Source: Okamejei kenojei | Taxonomy: Eukaryota | Length of the DNA stretch: 64,000 bases | Assembly: GCA_035221665.1 (NCBI GenBank) | Contig: CM069133.1 | Span: 35,464,001-35,528,000, forward strand | Direction: 5' to 3' | Part shown: positions 25,088 through 37,311 of the stretch, piece by piece | Layout of the letters: each line of letters opens with the position of its first letter | How positions within the stretch are numbered: position 1 is the first letter of the stretch | Program-made: the position numbers and the translations under genes | Notes under the pieces: generated by a model | What the model saw: only the letters and a program-made list of their open reading frames with translations | Told to the model about the DNA's origin: nothing | Databases searched by the model: none

Positions 25088-26073
25088 TTAAATATTAGCT
25101 GCAGACTCTAAAATTCTGTCTGCAAATGTAGCAGGTTCCGCCAGCGGCTTATTATAAAACCTTTGGAAAGTTCTTTCCGAGGACCATCCTGCTCTGGCCA
25201 AAAATATGGTCCATAGGCACATCCATTCGCCTAGCCGCCGACGTAGATGCAGCCCTGGTGGAATGAGATTTGTAAACATTAGTATCGACTCCCGCGGACT
25301 TAAGCACCTGCTTGAGCCATCTTGAAATGGTTTGGCTCGTCACCTGACCATGAGGCTTCTTGTGGCTTATCCATAAGGCTTTTTCTCTCCCTCTTAAGTT
25401 ATATGTTGTGTCTATGTAATTGGCGAGATGGGTCTTGGCACACAACCGTGGGTCAGGTGAATATGCCCGGAACTCCATTACTGGAGGCGTGGTACCTGGT
25501 CTAGTTTGTTTGACCAGTCCCTGAATGTGAAATGTGATACAGTCCAATGACTCTGTCATGCTGTCCAGCCTCAGAAGGTGGAGGGACTGTACCCTTTGAG
25601 CTGACACTAGTGCCATGAGCATGACTGATTTCAGTGTAAGTTGTTCCAGCGTGAGTGACCTGGGTGGTGGCCATCTCCTAAGGTACGTCAGTACAATGCT
25701 GACATCCCAGATCTGAGTGTACCTAGGCCTAGGGGAATTGGTGTTAAAAATGCCCCTCATGATTTTGAGCACTAGTGGATGGGACCCCAAAGTCAGTTGT
25801 CCTGCTGCTGGAACCAAATAAGCTGACAACGCACTCCTGGCTGTATTAATGGCTGTAGCTGAGTCGTTCCCGATGTAATCCAACCAGAAACTCCACAACA
25901 CTGGTGGCTGTAGCTGTAGTGTAGGTAGTTCCTGTTTTGGAGCAATACCGTTCCCATTTTCTTATGTTGGTCAGGTATTGTCTCCTGGTGGACTCCCGGT
26001 GGGATGCGGTCATCATGTTGATGGCGTCCTCAGACAGTCCCAGGCCCAGAAGAGGTCTTTTTAGAATATGCAA
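25088..26073 (-). pseudogene. DIRS-B tyrosine recombinase (frameshifted)
   Basis: AINTARSALS, SAQR, HSTR, AGWSSERTFQRFY, spread over three ORF pieces. Confidence 0.92.
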
Positions 26074-27264
26074 GCCAGGAGATTGACTCTGTCATGGCAC
26101 GGGTGACTATTGCCTGACACTGGGTGGATTAATAACTCTCGACTGCTGGGGAATTCCAACGGTGTTTCAAACAGCCATGTCGAAGGCCACTGGGAACCAT
26201 GGCTGTGTAGGCCAGTCCGGTATTATCAAGATTTCTGAAGTGGAATCCAATTGAATCTTGCGTAATACCCGACTGATGAGGCAGAAGGGAGGAAAAGCAT
26301 AAATTTTCCCCCAATGCAGCGAGAATGCATCAACTGCTGCTGCCTCAAGGTCTGGTTCCCAAGCGACATACGTTGGTACCTGGTGATTCAGCCTGGATGC
26401 AAATAGATCGATATCTGGTGTGCCATATTGCTTTGTAATTTCAGCAAATATTTTGGGATTTAACATCCATTCGATATTATCATTGAATCTGCGTGACCTG
26501 GTGTCTGCCACTGTATTTTGCTTACCTGGTAGGTAAGTTGCTGATAACCAAATATGTCTTTCAACACACCATTGCCAGATTAGGTTGGCCAAATTGTCAC
26601 ACGATATCGACTTTACACCACCCATGTGGTTGATATAAGCCACCACCGTGGTATTATCTAATTGCAAACGGACATGTGCATGATGCGTATTAGATGAATA
26701 TGCTTTTAACCCATAAAACGCACCCAACATTTCTAAGTAGTTGATACCCCGTGTCTGTAGGCAAGATGATTCAAATTTAGTCCATCTGCCCCCTGTGCTG
26801 GATTGCATGTTAGTTGCTCCCCAGCCCAAAGCACTGGCATCCGTTTGAATGGTTAATACTGGGTTGGTGATTATTATGGGACTGGAGATGAGCCTTACTT
26901 TCCTTGCCCACCATTGTAACTCTGGAATGGATTCAGCAGTTAAACTCATAGCTCGGTCAAAGTGACCTGAGTTTTGCTTTAGTGCATGCACTTTTGCTCT
27001 TTGCAAATTTTGATAGTGCAAAGGCCCAAATTGTACAGCTGGAAAAGCTGCTACCATTTTGCCAATAACTCTGGCTACCTCCCGTATGGTTGGCTGATGT
27101 TTATTCATGAGTTCGTTGCATGATATTGCCAATTCTGATGCTTTCCCCTTCGGCAGAGTTACAATCATGCGAACAGTATCAATCGTAAATCCAAGATAGT
27201 CCATGGCAGTGGACGGTTGTAAAATTGGATTTATCTGGATGTATGACAAACCCCAAAGTTTCAA
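26060..27264 (-). pseudogene. DIRS-B RT C-terminus, RNase H and MT-like domain
   Basis: QTDASALGWG, NYLEMLG, LDNTTVVAYINHMGG, IDLFASRLN, YAFPPF. Confidence 0.92.
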
Positions 27265-27993
27265 ACAAACGTTTGGTGGCTGCTACTGCCAAAATGGCTG
27301 TCTCCAAGGTTTTCCCTACTATTAAAACGTCGTCTAAATAAGCCATGACTATATGCTTTTGTTCCCTCAATAATGCCAAGGCAGGTTTTAAGATTTTAGT
27401 GAACAGCCTTGGAGCGGAGGTTAGCCCATTTGGTAAGGCTTTAAATTGCCATAGCTGTTTCATCCAGATAAATTGTAAGTATTTACGATGCTCCTTGTGT
27501 ATGGGTACTGAGTAGTAGGCATCTTTTAAATCAATGCTTGCTAGAAAGTACCCTCTAGAAACCAACAGTCTGGCTGTTTCAAAAGTATCCATCTTGAAAT
27601 GTATATACCTGACAGACTTGTTTAAAGTAGTTAAGTCAATGATGATGCGACGTCCACCATCTTTTTTGATTTTAGTGAAAATATTGGACACAAATTCCAA
27701 AGGTTCATGTTTTGTTCTTTCAATGACACCTTTTGCTTGTAACCTCATCAGTTCAGCTTGACTCTCTTGTTTCTCTTTGACTGAGAGGGTGAATACCCTT
27801 TGGGGTATATGCTGAACTGGCGGAATGTTTTCATGAACAAAGTCAATTTTTGTAGCCATGAACGCTGCTGAGTATATACTTGTCTTTAGTGATGGATTCC
27901 CATGCATCCAAAAACAAGTGCAATCTCCACCCTGTTAGTATAGAGCCCCTACTGCACATATGCTGAGAGGGACCAGACCCACCTACCTCCATG
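27179..27993 (-). pseudogene. DIRS-B reverse transcriptase (frameshifted)
   Basis: KKDGGRRIIIDL, IDLKDAYYSVPI, LPNGLTSAPRLFTK, YLDD. Confidence 0.93.
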
Positions 27994-27994
27994 G

Positions 27995-29234
27995 TTATTG
28001 GTGCTTCTTCTGCCTCTTCGCTGGGCGGTGAGGCGTCTGCTGGGCTGTACAGGGTTGATGTTGATGTTGATGTTGTTGGGGGTGGCGCATTTTCCATGGG
28101 GTCCGCTCTGGGCCCTGGCCTAAAAAAGGCTTACGGGGAATGGTTGCGGACCCCGAGCTTTCACCAGTCCCATAGTGTGGTCGACGACTGGTGGACGCCA
28201 TGGGTACTGCCGCCTGGGTTTGTTAGGTCTGCTCGGTCCCAAACCTGCCCTCACGAGACCAAAGGTCTTGGATTCTTCCTCTAGGTCTTTCACCTTTTTT
28301 GGAAGGTGTTTCCCAAAGAGCAGAATAGGAGGTTCTGAACCCGGTGTTTTGCAAAGTCCCGCAAATTTAGGGTTGAGGGCAGGCTTGATGATTTCCTTCC
28401 GTAAATTGTTTATTTCATATTTAGTGGTGCACAGCAGAGCTAATGTGTCTTGCTGATTTGTGGAGATGTCCACACCATCAATGGACCGAGCATATGATGT
28501 TATTCCTGCAGTTAGTAATTTAAGGATTTTGTGGAGCTTCAACTCCAGGTTCCTGATGTTCTGCCCCAAATGTCCCCAAATCTGGCTGTTTACAGCTGGT
28601 ACATTCAATGATGTACAATTTACTGGGGCTGTATATTGTTCAAGAGCCTCATTGACCACCTGTTCTTGTAGGGGTTTTGAGGACAGGTGGTTAATGCTGG
28701 CTGAAAGTTTCCGGCTCTAACGGTCGACCCGCTTGTGGAATGGCCACGTAGCGGTTGACCACACCCAGCAGCTCTTCCTGATCCTGTACACCCTGCGTAC
28801 TCCCGACATATTCAGCCAGTGTCCCTTCTTCTTGACCAGCCCAGACCTGGTCGCCAATGCTGCCTTCAAAAGAAGGTGAAAGCAATGGCCAGTGCCGTAA
28901 AGGGCACTGCGGGAGTGCTTGAGCTCCCTTGGCGAGTCTGCTGCTGCTCTCTCAGCAGGTCTCGCTGGAGCAATTGCTCCATAAGCCGTTCCATGCGGCT
29001 TAGGCGGCTGCCTGTGTCGCTCTTGAACGGTGTGGCATGTTCATCCGAATCGTCGGACACTACCGCCCGGTTCTGGCTGCAGGTACCTCCAGACCGCTGC
29101 TCAGGCAGCACGAGCGGTGCTGGGCTCGGCTTGGTAGTTATACCCGCCGCCTCTTGCCCCCCCTCCAAAGAGCATTCCTCAACGGAGGACGAACGGGGGC
29201 GAGCTGCAGACTTCTTTCCTCTGGTCTTGCTCAT
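27995..29234 (-). pseudogene. DIRS-B gag-like ORF1 (frameshifted)
   Basis: ORF pieces 28866-29234, 28691-28885, 28120-28659 and 27995-28201. Motifs PVNCTSLNVPAVNSQIW, LRKEIIKPAL and LLFG. Confidence 0.8.
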
Positions 29235-29432
29235 TCTTTCTGAAAACAAGCCAACCACAGAGAAAAAGATACACGGCCACGGTAAAACTTACCTGTCGGC
29301 CCGACTTTTCAATGTGTAGCGGGAGCGCCTTGAACTCCCGTTGGTCGCGGGTGCACTGCATGAACGCTAATGTCGCGCATGCGTGCTGGACGGGGTCTTC
29401 ACGTAGTCACTCACGTGACTCCGAAGTAAAAT

Positions 29433-30795
29433 TCCCTGATCTAAATCGTTAATATATTTTGTAAATAACTGGGGTCCCAGCACCGAGCCTTGCAGCACCC
29501 CACTGGTCACTGCCTGCCATTCTGAAAACGACCAATTAATTCCTACACTTTGCTTCCTGTCTGCCAACCAGTTCTCTATCCATGTCGATACTCTACCCCC
29601 CATAACATGTGCTCTAAGTTTGCACACTAAACGCTTGTGTGCGACCTTGTCAAAGGCTTTTTGAAAGTCCAGATATACCACATCCACTGGCTCTCCCTTA
29701 TCCATTCTACTTGTTACATCCTCAAAAATTCCAGAAAATTATTCCGCTAAATCCATGCTGACTTTGACCGATCCTGTCACTGCTTTCCAAATGCGCTGCT
29801 ATTGCATCTTTAATAATCGACTTCAGCATCTTCCCCACTACTGACGTGAGGCTAACTGGTCTATAATTCCCTGTTTTATCTCTCCCTCCTTTCTTAAAAA
29901 GTAGTGTAACATCAGCAACCCCCCAGTCCACAAGAACTGATCCTATCGAGAGAACATTGCAAAATTATCAACAATGCATCCATGATTTCTAGGGCCATCC
30001 CTTTGAGTTCTCTGGGATGCGGACCATCAGGCTCTGGGAATGTATCTGCCTTCAGGCCCAACAGTTTACATAACGCAATTTCCTGACTAATGTGGATTCC
30101 CTTCAGTTCCTCCCTCCCACTAGATCATCTGCCCCCTATTATGTCTAGGGGATTGTTTGTGTCTTCCTTGGCGAAGCAAAACCAAACTACACTTTTAACT
30201 GTTCTACCATTTCCTTATTTCCTAATATAAATGTACCTGTCTCTGATTGCAAGGGACCAACATTTGTCTTCACTGATGTTTTCCTCTTCACATATGTAAT
30301 GAAGCGTTTACAGTCAGTTTTTATATTCCCCGCAAGCTTTCTTTCGTGCTCTATTTTCCCCCTCTGAATTAACCCATTTGACCTCCTCCGTTGAATTCTA
30401 AATTTCTCCCATTCCTCCGGTTTGCTGCTTCCTCTCGCAAATTTATATGCCTCTTCCTTGAATTTAACACTATCCTTCATTTGCCACGATAGCCAGGGTT
30501 GAGCCGTCTTCCCCGTTTTCTTTTTACGCCAGGTTGGGAAGAACAAATGTAATTCATCTATGTGATCTTTAAATCTTTGCCATTGCATCTCCACCGTCAC
30601 TCTTTAAGTATCGTTTGCCAGTCTATCCCAGCCAATCCCCCTCACACCGCCAATGTCTCCTTTCTTTAAGTTCAAGACCCTAGTCTGTGAATTAACCGTG
30701 TCGCTCACCATCATAATGCAGAATTCCATCATATTATGGTCACTATTGCCCAAGCGGCAAAGCGCAATAAGACTGCTAACTAATCCTTCATCACA
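29433..30795 (-). mobile_element. CR1-type LINE, 5' part (split by DIRS-B)
   Basis: FKKGGRDKTGNYRPVSLTSVVGK, VDVVYLDFQKAFDKV, GVLQGSVLGPQLF. Confidence 0.92.
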
Positions 30796-31736
30796 GTGTG
30801 AGGGATAAAGTGATTAAACCTCATTAAAGAAAGGAGTTTTAAAGAGAATTCAAACAGAGAGGGGCTGGAGAGAGGATTCTGACACAGCAGTGTCTGAAGG
30901 TTGCCAGACCCATCCTTGAGTCCTTGAGTAGGAAGTGATAGCATTGTATAGCGGTAGAAGGGAGTGATGTAGAGAGATCCCTATCAGTGGAAGGGAGTGA
31001 TAGATGGGACCCTTGTCACTATAGCTTAGCTTTAGTACTGATATAGGAGAACTGAGAGGGTTCACTAGAAGGTGAGTAAAACTAGGGTAGGTCATGAGCA
31101 ACTGAGCATGCTTAATAGAATAAATGAATATTACAACACACCCCTGGTTAAGAAATTGCTCATTACCATGAACATGTTTGAACATGCAATGTATGATATG
31201 GGAGGTGCGAGGGGATGTACGGTGGGATGTACCTACAGATTGTGCACCTCCGACCCTGATTGGAGAAGGTCCGGAGGGGAGGTTGAATGTAAGATTCTGC
31301 GTATAAAGGGGGATGATTTCTCTGGCGTCGGTGTGTCTCGAGTTGGAGAGGCACCCGGTCTGCAGACTTGTAAAATAAAGAATCTCTTGCTTCCAGGATT
31401 TAGTGTTTGAGCATTAATTGTGAGCATAAAGGGTATCTCACCAACACAATACCCAGTCTAGGATGGCCTGCCCACTAGTCGTTTTTTTCTACATATTGGC
31501 TTAAAAAACTATCCCGTATACATTCGAGGAAATGTTACTCCCCAGCGTTGTAACCAATTTGGTTAGCCCAATCTATATGTAGATTGTGTAGAACTTATTG
31601 GGGTTATTCTAAGGGCACCTAAATCTGAACTGGAATTAGACGAACAAACTTGCATGGAGATGGTGGAGACTTGCTAGAATGTTAACACAATTCGCCCACA
31701 GACGCTGATACATTCCGGTGTCTGTCCTTCCCTCAG

Positions 31737-32110
31737 CTTCCGGCGGGAATGTCTCAGTGGTGACTGCGACTGAAGGGGTTTCGGCCATATTATCATGTGT
31801 GTTCCCACCGCTTCCGCTCACTCCGTCCCTCTCGCGGTCACATGGACGAGGAAGGATCCCTACCGATACATCGTCACGTTCAGGCCGCAAGCCGATGAAT
31901 CCTGGGCGGCGGAGAACGGAGCAACTCGGTTCGAGCTGATCCGCAACCCAGAGCGGGGAAACGCTTCAACCAGGATAAAGCAGCTAAGTGTGGAGAACAG
32001 TCACGACTACCCGTGTCTGGTGCAGAGCAGGAAACCGCATGCAAAATACCTTTATAATATACCTTTTATTCATCAGTACCAGCGTGAGCTCCTGCTGCGG
32101 GTCACACCCG
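31737..32110 (+). pseudogene. V2 exon of gene B, 1-bp frameshift
   Basis: Acceptor ttccctcag| and donor G|GTAAGA. NVSVVTATEGVSAILSCVF (shift) VTWTRKDPY...RFELI...NASTRIKQL...YPCLV...LLRVTP; 374 nt. Confidence 0.88.
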
Positions 32111-32329
32111 GTAAGAAACCATCGCCAAATTATGCAGTTTACAGCGAGGGTGTAGAGAGCGGGAGGAGAGCAGGAACAGAACACCCGCTCGTAATGTTGA
32201 AGATCAGGGACCTGGGGGATGGGATCTCGGCTGCCACACGCAGCAGTAACTACATTGACCTGGACTTGTTAAACCAATGTGTAGTCTGCTCCGCAAATTG
32301 TTATGAAAGATCTCGGTCAACCATTGAAA

Positions 32330-33450
32330 ACTGAACCTCATAGTGAAGCATGGAATAGCAGAACACAATACAAAGGCTAGAGGGCTTAGGTTGCAGGCGA
32401 AATAGGCAAAGTTTAAATGAGGTGTGCGGGGCAAGTTGTTTTACATAGGGAGTGGTGGGTGCCTAGAACGCGCTGGCAGTTACGTTGGTGGCGTTTAAGA
32501 GGCTTTTAGATAGGCACTTGGATATGCAGGAAATAGGATGGTACGAATCGTGCGTGCAGACAAACGAGATTAGTTTTACTTGGCATAATACGTGGTACAG
32601 ACATTGTGGGCCGAAGGGCCGGTTCATGTGCTCCAATTTCCTATGTTCTATGTTCAGCGTGGATTTATGCAAGATATGATGAGTAGAATTGATGAAGGCT
32701 AATTGATGTAGGGGGTTTGGATTTTCAGAAGGATTTCGGTCAAGTCCCGCATGGGAGATTGGTCACCAATCTGAAATCCGGAGTAGTCAGACGTAGGGAA
32801 CCTTGCGACCGTGATTGAAAATTGGTTCTCGGACGAGATGGCAAGTTGGGAATAAACGCATCTCTCGCAGGTTGAACAATTGTGGCCAATGGGATACCAT
32901 AGCGTGCAATGCCGCGGCCCCATTTAGTCCCTAAATGTATTAGTATTTCGACTGAATGTTGAAATGACGCATTTGCAATCTGACGGATAAAAATAGAGAC
33001 GGTGAGACTCTGGGTGGGTAGCATGATGTAAATAAGGTTCAGTGAGTATGGGCAGGCCGGAGGGTGGGTGGGAACGCGGCAGATGGAACGCGGCACACAT
33101 AACAGCTTTTCACTGTACCTATGTACCACGTGATAATAAACTAAATTAAATTAAATTAATAATGAGATTAAATGTGAAGTATGCCACATGGGTGAACGAG
33201 GTGGAAAAGCAGAGTATTTGTTAACTATGAGAAGTTGGGGCACCGTTGATGATCAGTGCGATCTGGCAGTGTGTGCATATTCCACTGAAGGCCGACGGGC
33301 CGATGTACAAGAGAACTGAACTGCTCTGGTTAGTTAATTTGTATTAGGAGATTATTTGTGTACGTCAATAAAAATCTCTTAACACTGTGTAATTATATGG
33401 GGTCTGGGTAAGGTTCCACCTGCAGAACTGAGGGCAGCGTTGTCCTTTTT
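32330..33450 (+). mobile_element. Degraded CR1-type LINE fragments
   Basis: 3' end with ctatgtt tail near 32640, followed by decayed RT sequence (ggattttcagaagg.., tgcagaactg..). Confidence 0.6.
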
Positions 33451-34544
33451 AAAGCAAATTGATGAATAAATAATCAACACACTCCCCACATGGGTCCACC
33501 TATCACTTGTCAGGCTTTGCCCCGCCCCGAATCACTTCCCGCTTTCTCTCCTCAATGGCTTTTCTCCGGGCTGCATCTTCGACCCGTCCTCGTGGCCTAC
33601 CAGCGGGCCTGGAGCGGCGTTTCCTGATGGGACCGGCCGGAACGTCGGCTTCGACGGCGGCTCAGCGCTGGAGCGCTATCGCGGAGCGGAGCGGGCGATG
33701 CCTTGCCTGGGTCGCTGCGCTGGAGCTCCGGTGAGCTGAGGACCGCCGACAAAAATCATCGCGAGAGGATTCTCCCGACGCCGGAGCACCATCACCCGGC
33801 GAGAACGGCCTGGAACATCGGGCCGCCGTGGAGGCAACCGCGGAGGCCTCAATGGGCCCGACTATGGGTGGACACGGGATGGGGACTGGACATTGTGCCT
33901 TCCCGCATAATGGGAACCATTGTGGGGGGATGTTTTTGTATGTTTCAATCTCTTTATCATTGTTATGTCTGTATTCTCTTTTTTCTGTGCTGCATTGGGA
34001 AGAAGCATTTCACTACACCAATTGGTGTATATGACCAATTAAATAACCTTTGAACCGATGAATTATAGAGAGACGTATTACGAATACAGCCCCCCCTCCC
34101 AACACGCCGAAGGATATGAGGAATTTTTTAGCCATAGGGTGGCGAATCTGTGGACTTCATTGCCACGGAAGGCTGTGGAGGCCAAATCAATGGATATTTT
34201 TACGATTTGTGTGAGGAAGGAAATGTAAAAATTGAATAACCCGCTGTTATCGAGCAATGAGAGCACCCTGTCACCCTGCAATGAAAGGCAAAACTACAGG
34301 CATTTCGTCAGAGATAGCTCAGTTGCTGCTTCTTCATGTTTTTGTTTATTTCTGAGAAAGAAATGCAACAGTTGATATCGTCATTTGTTGGCCAATGTTC
34401 AGGCAGCGCTAAACCACAACAATGATTTGGACAAGTTGGGCTGTAGGGCCTGTGTCCACACTGTATCACTCTATCTATAACTCTAAGATGTCTATTGACA
34501 CAACAAAAAAAGACATGCGGGAGTGTTGGTCAAGATGTTCTCCA

Positions 34545-34790
34545 ACATCTCTGGAGAACATGGATAGGTGACGTTTCACAGAGTGCTGGAGTAACTCAGC
34601 GGGTCAGGCAGCATCTCTGGAGAACATGGATAGGTGACGTTTCACAGAGTGCTGAAGTAACTCAGCGGATCAGACAGCATCTCTGGAGAACATGCATAGG
34701 TGACGTTTCACAGGTAACTCAGCGGGCGAGGCAGCATCTCTGTAGACCATGGATAGGTGATGTTTTTGGTCGGGACCCTTCTTCAGTGTG
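34545..34790. repeat. Tandem array of about 66-bp Penelope-derived units
   Basis: tggataggtgacgtttcacagagtgctggagtaactcagcgg... recurs at 34561, 34627, 34693 and 34750. Paralogous array at 60365-60580. Confidence 0.88.
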
Positions 34791-35741
34791 GAAATGACAA
34801 TTATACAGTTTAGTTGAGAGATTCAGCGCAGAAACACGCCGAGTCCGACACAAAGTAGAGACACTTTTACATTTACAGCAAGAAAATTAACCTACCAACT
34901 TTTGTGTCTCTGGAGAGTGGAAGGAAACCAAAGATCATGGGAAAAAGCGTACAAATCTGTACAGACAGCACCCGTAGTCTGGCTCGAACTTTGCGCTCTG
35001 GCACTGTAAGCGTTGTATAAGGCAACAACGCTGCAGCACCTAATCGCCCATGAATAATCACCGAGACAGGAATTAAACTTCACAGCATTAATGTCATCCT
35101 CTACCATGGGCAGAAATCCTGGGGGGACGGGGGCACGCCCCCCTCCATGTTTTGAAAGGTGGGAGACAATCCCCTCCCCCCATGTTTTGTAATCCAGATT
35201 TTGAAATACGGTGAAAAAATATATATTAAAATCTCCGCTTTCCGCGAGACAGTAGGTGTTGTCACTGTTAAGCGCTTGTTAAATGTCGCTATTAACATCG
35301 ATTTAACACGACGTGTCACCAATTGTGTTTTGACCATCAAGTATCACTGAAGGTTTTCACGGAGAATTTCATAAAACTGTCCAATGCGGGTACAGTTACC
35401 ATTTGAACTAATTGGATGAATTGGTGGATGAGAAAATTTTAAACGAGTTAAATGGGTCAGGTATTAATGTCCGGTCGAACGGTTTTCCAGGCTGGCTTGC
35501 AGATAAGTCCCTCATTCAGGTCACTCAGGTTATTTAGTATTTTCCCATCTCTCTCTCTCTCCCCTCCATGTTTGGTTCTGTTTGCCTTTATTTTCTTCTG
35601 TTTTATTTGTTTAAGTGCTATTTATCACATTATAGCTTTTGAAAGATTCAATCGGGTATTAGACGCTTTCTAACGGCTGAATCGTCCCATTAGCGGGGCC
35701 TTTCATCGCCCAGTCACCAACCAGGACAGCTCCCGAAAGTA

Positions 35742-35975
35742 GACTGAAGTGCTGGAAAAACTCAGCGGGTGAGGCAGCATCTATGGAGCGAAGGAATAGG
35801 TGACGTTTCGGGTCGAGACCCTTCCTCAGATTTCGTCTGAGGAAGGGTCTGAAGAAGGGTCTCGACCCGAAATGTCACCTATTCCTTCGCTCCATAGATG
35901 CTGCCTCACCCGCTGAGTTTCTCCAGCATTATTCTCTACCTCCGATTTTTCCAGCATATGCAGTTCTTTCTTAAA
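35742..35975. mobile_element. Divergent inverted pair of hammerhead-motif Penelope-derived repeats
   Basis: Minus copy CTGAGGA-AGGGTCTCGACCC-GAAACGTC at 35829-35802. Plus copy CTGAAGA-AGGGTCTCGACCC-GAAATGTC at 35849-35876. Arms nearly perfectly complementary. Confidence 0.75.
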
Positions 35976-36029
35976 CAGGTCAGCTTCCGATATTACCGTG
36001 CACAGGGCCCACGGCCGAAGCCTCCAAAA

Positions 36030-36033
<4 letters not shown>

Positions 36034-36072
<39 letters not shown>

Positions 36073-36128
36073 CGCAGGCGCCTGTGCATGAGTGTGTGTG
36101 TGTGTGCGCGCGGGCATGCGCGTGCGCG
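36034..36128. repeat. (TG)n/(CG)n alternating purine-pyrimidine microsatellite
   Basis: Directly visible. Confidence 0.95.
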
Positions 36129-36905
36129 GGACTACCAAGGAATTTTGCCCCCCGTGTTTTGATAGCAATTTCCGCCTCTGTAACCTCTACTATTTAATTG
36201 ACAAAGATTAACACAGTCCTGCATTGTCATTTTTTACCTTCTATATCTCTCGTTTCCCCTTCACTTTCAGTCTGAAGAAGGGTCTCGACCCGAGACATCA
36301 CCTATTCCTTTTCTCCAGAGTTCCGACTGGCCCGCGGAGACACTCCAGTTTTTGTGACCAGCTGCAGTGTATCACTTTTCACGAGGCTGTACATGAGATT
36401 TTTGCAATTGACAATACTAATTGCGTTTCCCATCTCTTTCCCTCATCTAACGTGTTGTTCAGAAACGCCCACGGGTCCCTTTGTCATTTTCTCACGACCT
36501 AATATCTCACCTTTTCACAAATGCTCAGTTTGTATTTCGTCCATCGCTGTGGATAACCTGACATTATACCATGTTATCTATCTTTTCCCAACTATTCCTT
36601 CAGCTGGTCCACATCCCGCTGAATCCTCGTTACTTCTGCTGCGATCTCAACGTCTCACCTAGTCCATTATCATCAGCAAACCCGGGACGTACATTGGCAT
36701 AGTTCCCAAACTCCCTGTGTCTCTCTGCTACATCGAGGAACGCATTGGAGCTTTTTTTTCTTGCACCCGAGCAGGTAGCTAATTTCATTAATTTTATCAT
36801 CTATCTCCCAAATACTTTGGACCATCTCTAGCACCTCTCTCCCATTTCATGATCTGCACCTCTCCCTCTCCCCTCCCTCTCCCGCTCCATCTCATTATCT
36901 CTCCC

Positions 36906-37311
36906 NNNNNNNNNNNNNNNNNNNNNNNNNNNNNNNNNNNNNNNNNNNNNNNNNNNNNNNNNNNNNNNNNNNNNNNNNNNNNNNNNNNNNNNNNNNNNNN
37001 NNNNNNNNNNNNNNNNNNNNNNNNNNNNNNNNNNNNNNNNNNNNNNNNNNNNNNNNNNNNNNNNNNNNNNNNNNNNNNNNCTCTNNNNNNNNNNNNNNNN
37101 NNNNNNNNNNNNNNNNNNNNNNNNNNNNNNNNNNNNNNNNNNNNNNNNNNNNNNNNNNNNNNNNNNNNNNNNNNNNNNNNNNNNNNNNNNNNNNNNNNNN
37201 NNNNNNNNNNNNNNNNNNNNNNNNNNNNNNNNNNNNNNNNNNNNNNNNNNNNNNNNNNNNNNNNNNNNNNNNNNNNNNNNNNNNNNNNNNNNNNNNNNNN
37301 NNNNNNNNNNN
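36906..37311. other. Assembly gap
   Basis: N run. The paralog has a C/CT-rich tract at about 61655-61760. Confidence 0.99.

Larger units (their letters stand above)
24589..29432 (-). mobile_element. DIRS1-type retrotransposon B, full-length with multiple frameshifts, nested in a CR1
   Basis: Inverted termini (about 24590-24695 and 29370-29432), ICR at about 24813-24925, and gag, RT, RH/MT, YR. The CR1 sequence is continuous across the insertion (catataatt / ccctgatctaaatcg). Confidence 0.95.
35105..36180. mobile_element. Non-autonomous DNA transposon (imperfect TIRs, hAT-like) with nested repeats
   Basis: Ends CATGGGCAGAAATC and AATTTCCGCCTCTG are imperfect inverted repeats. Flanks catcctctac / taacctctac. 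Absent from the paralog, which has an empty site near 60940. Confidence 0.75.

Noticed and set aside
34545-34790. CRISPR-like array
   Set aside because: Units are contiguous with no unique spacers, the context is eukaryotic, and the sequence belongs to a dispersed retro-repeat.
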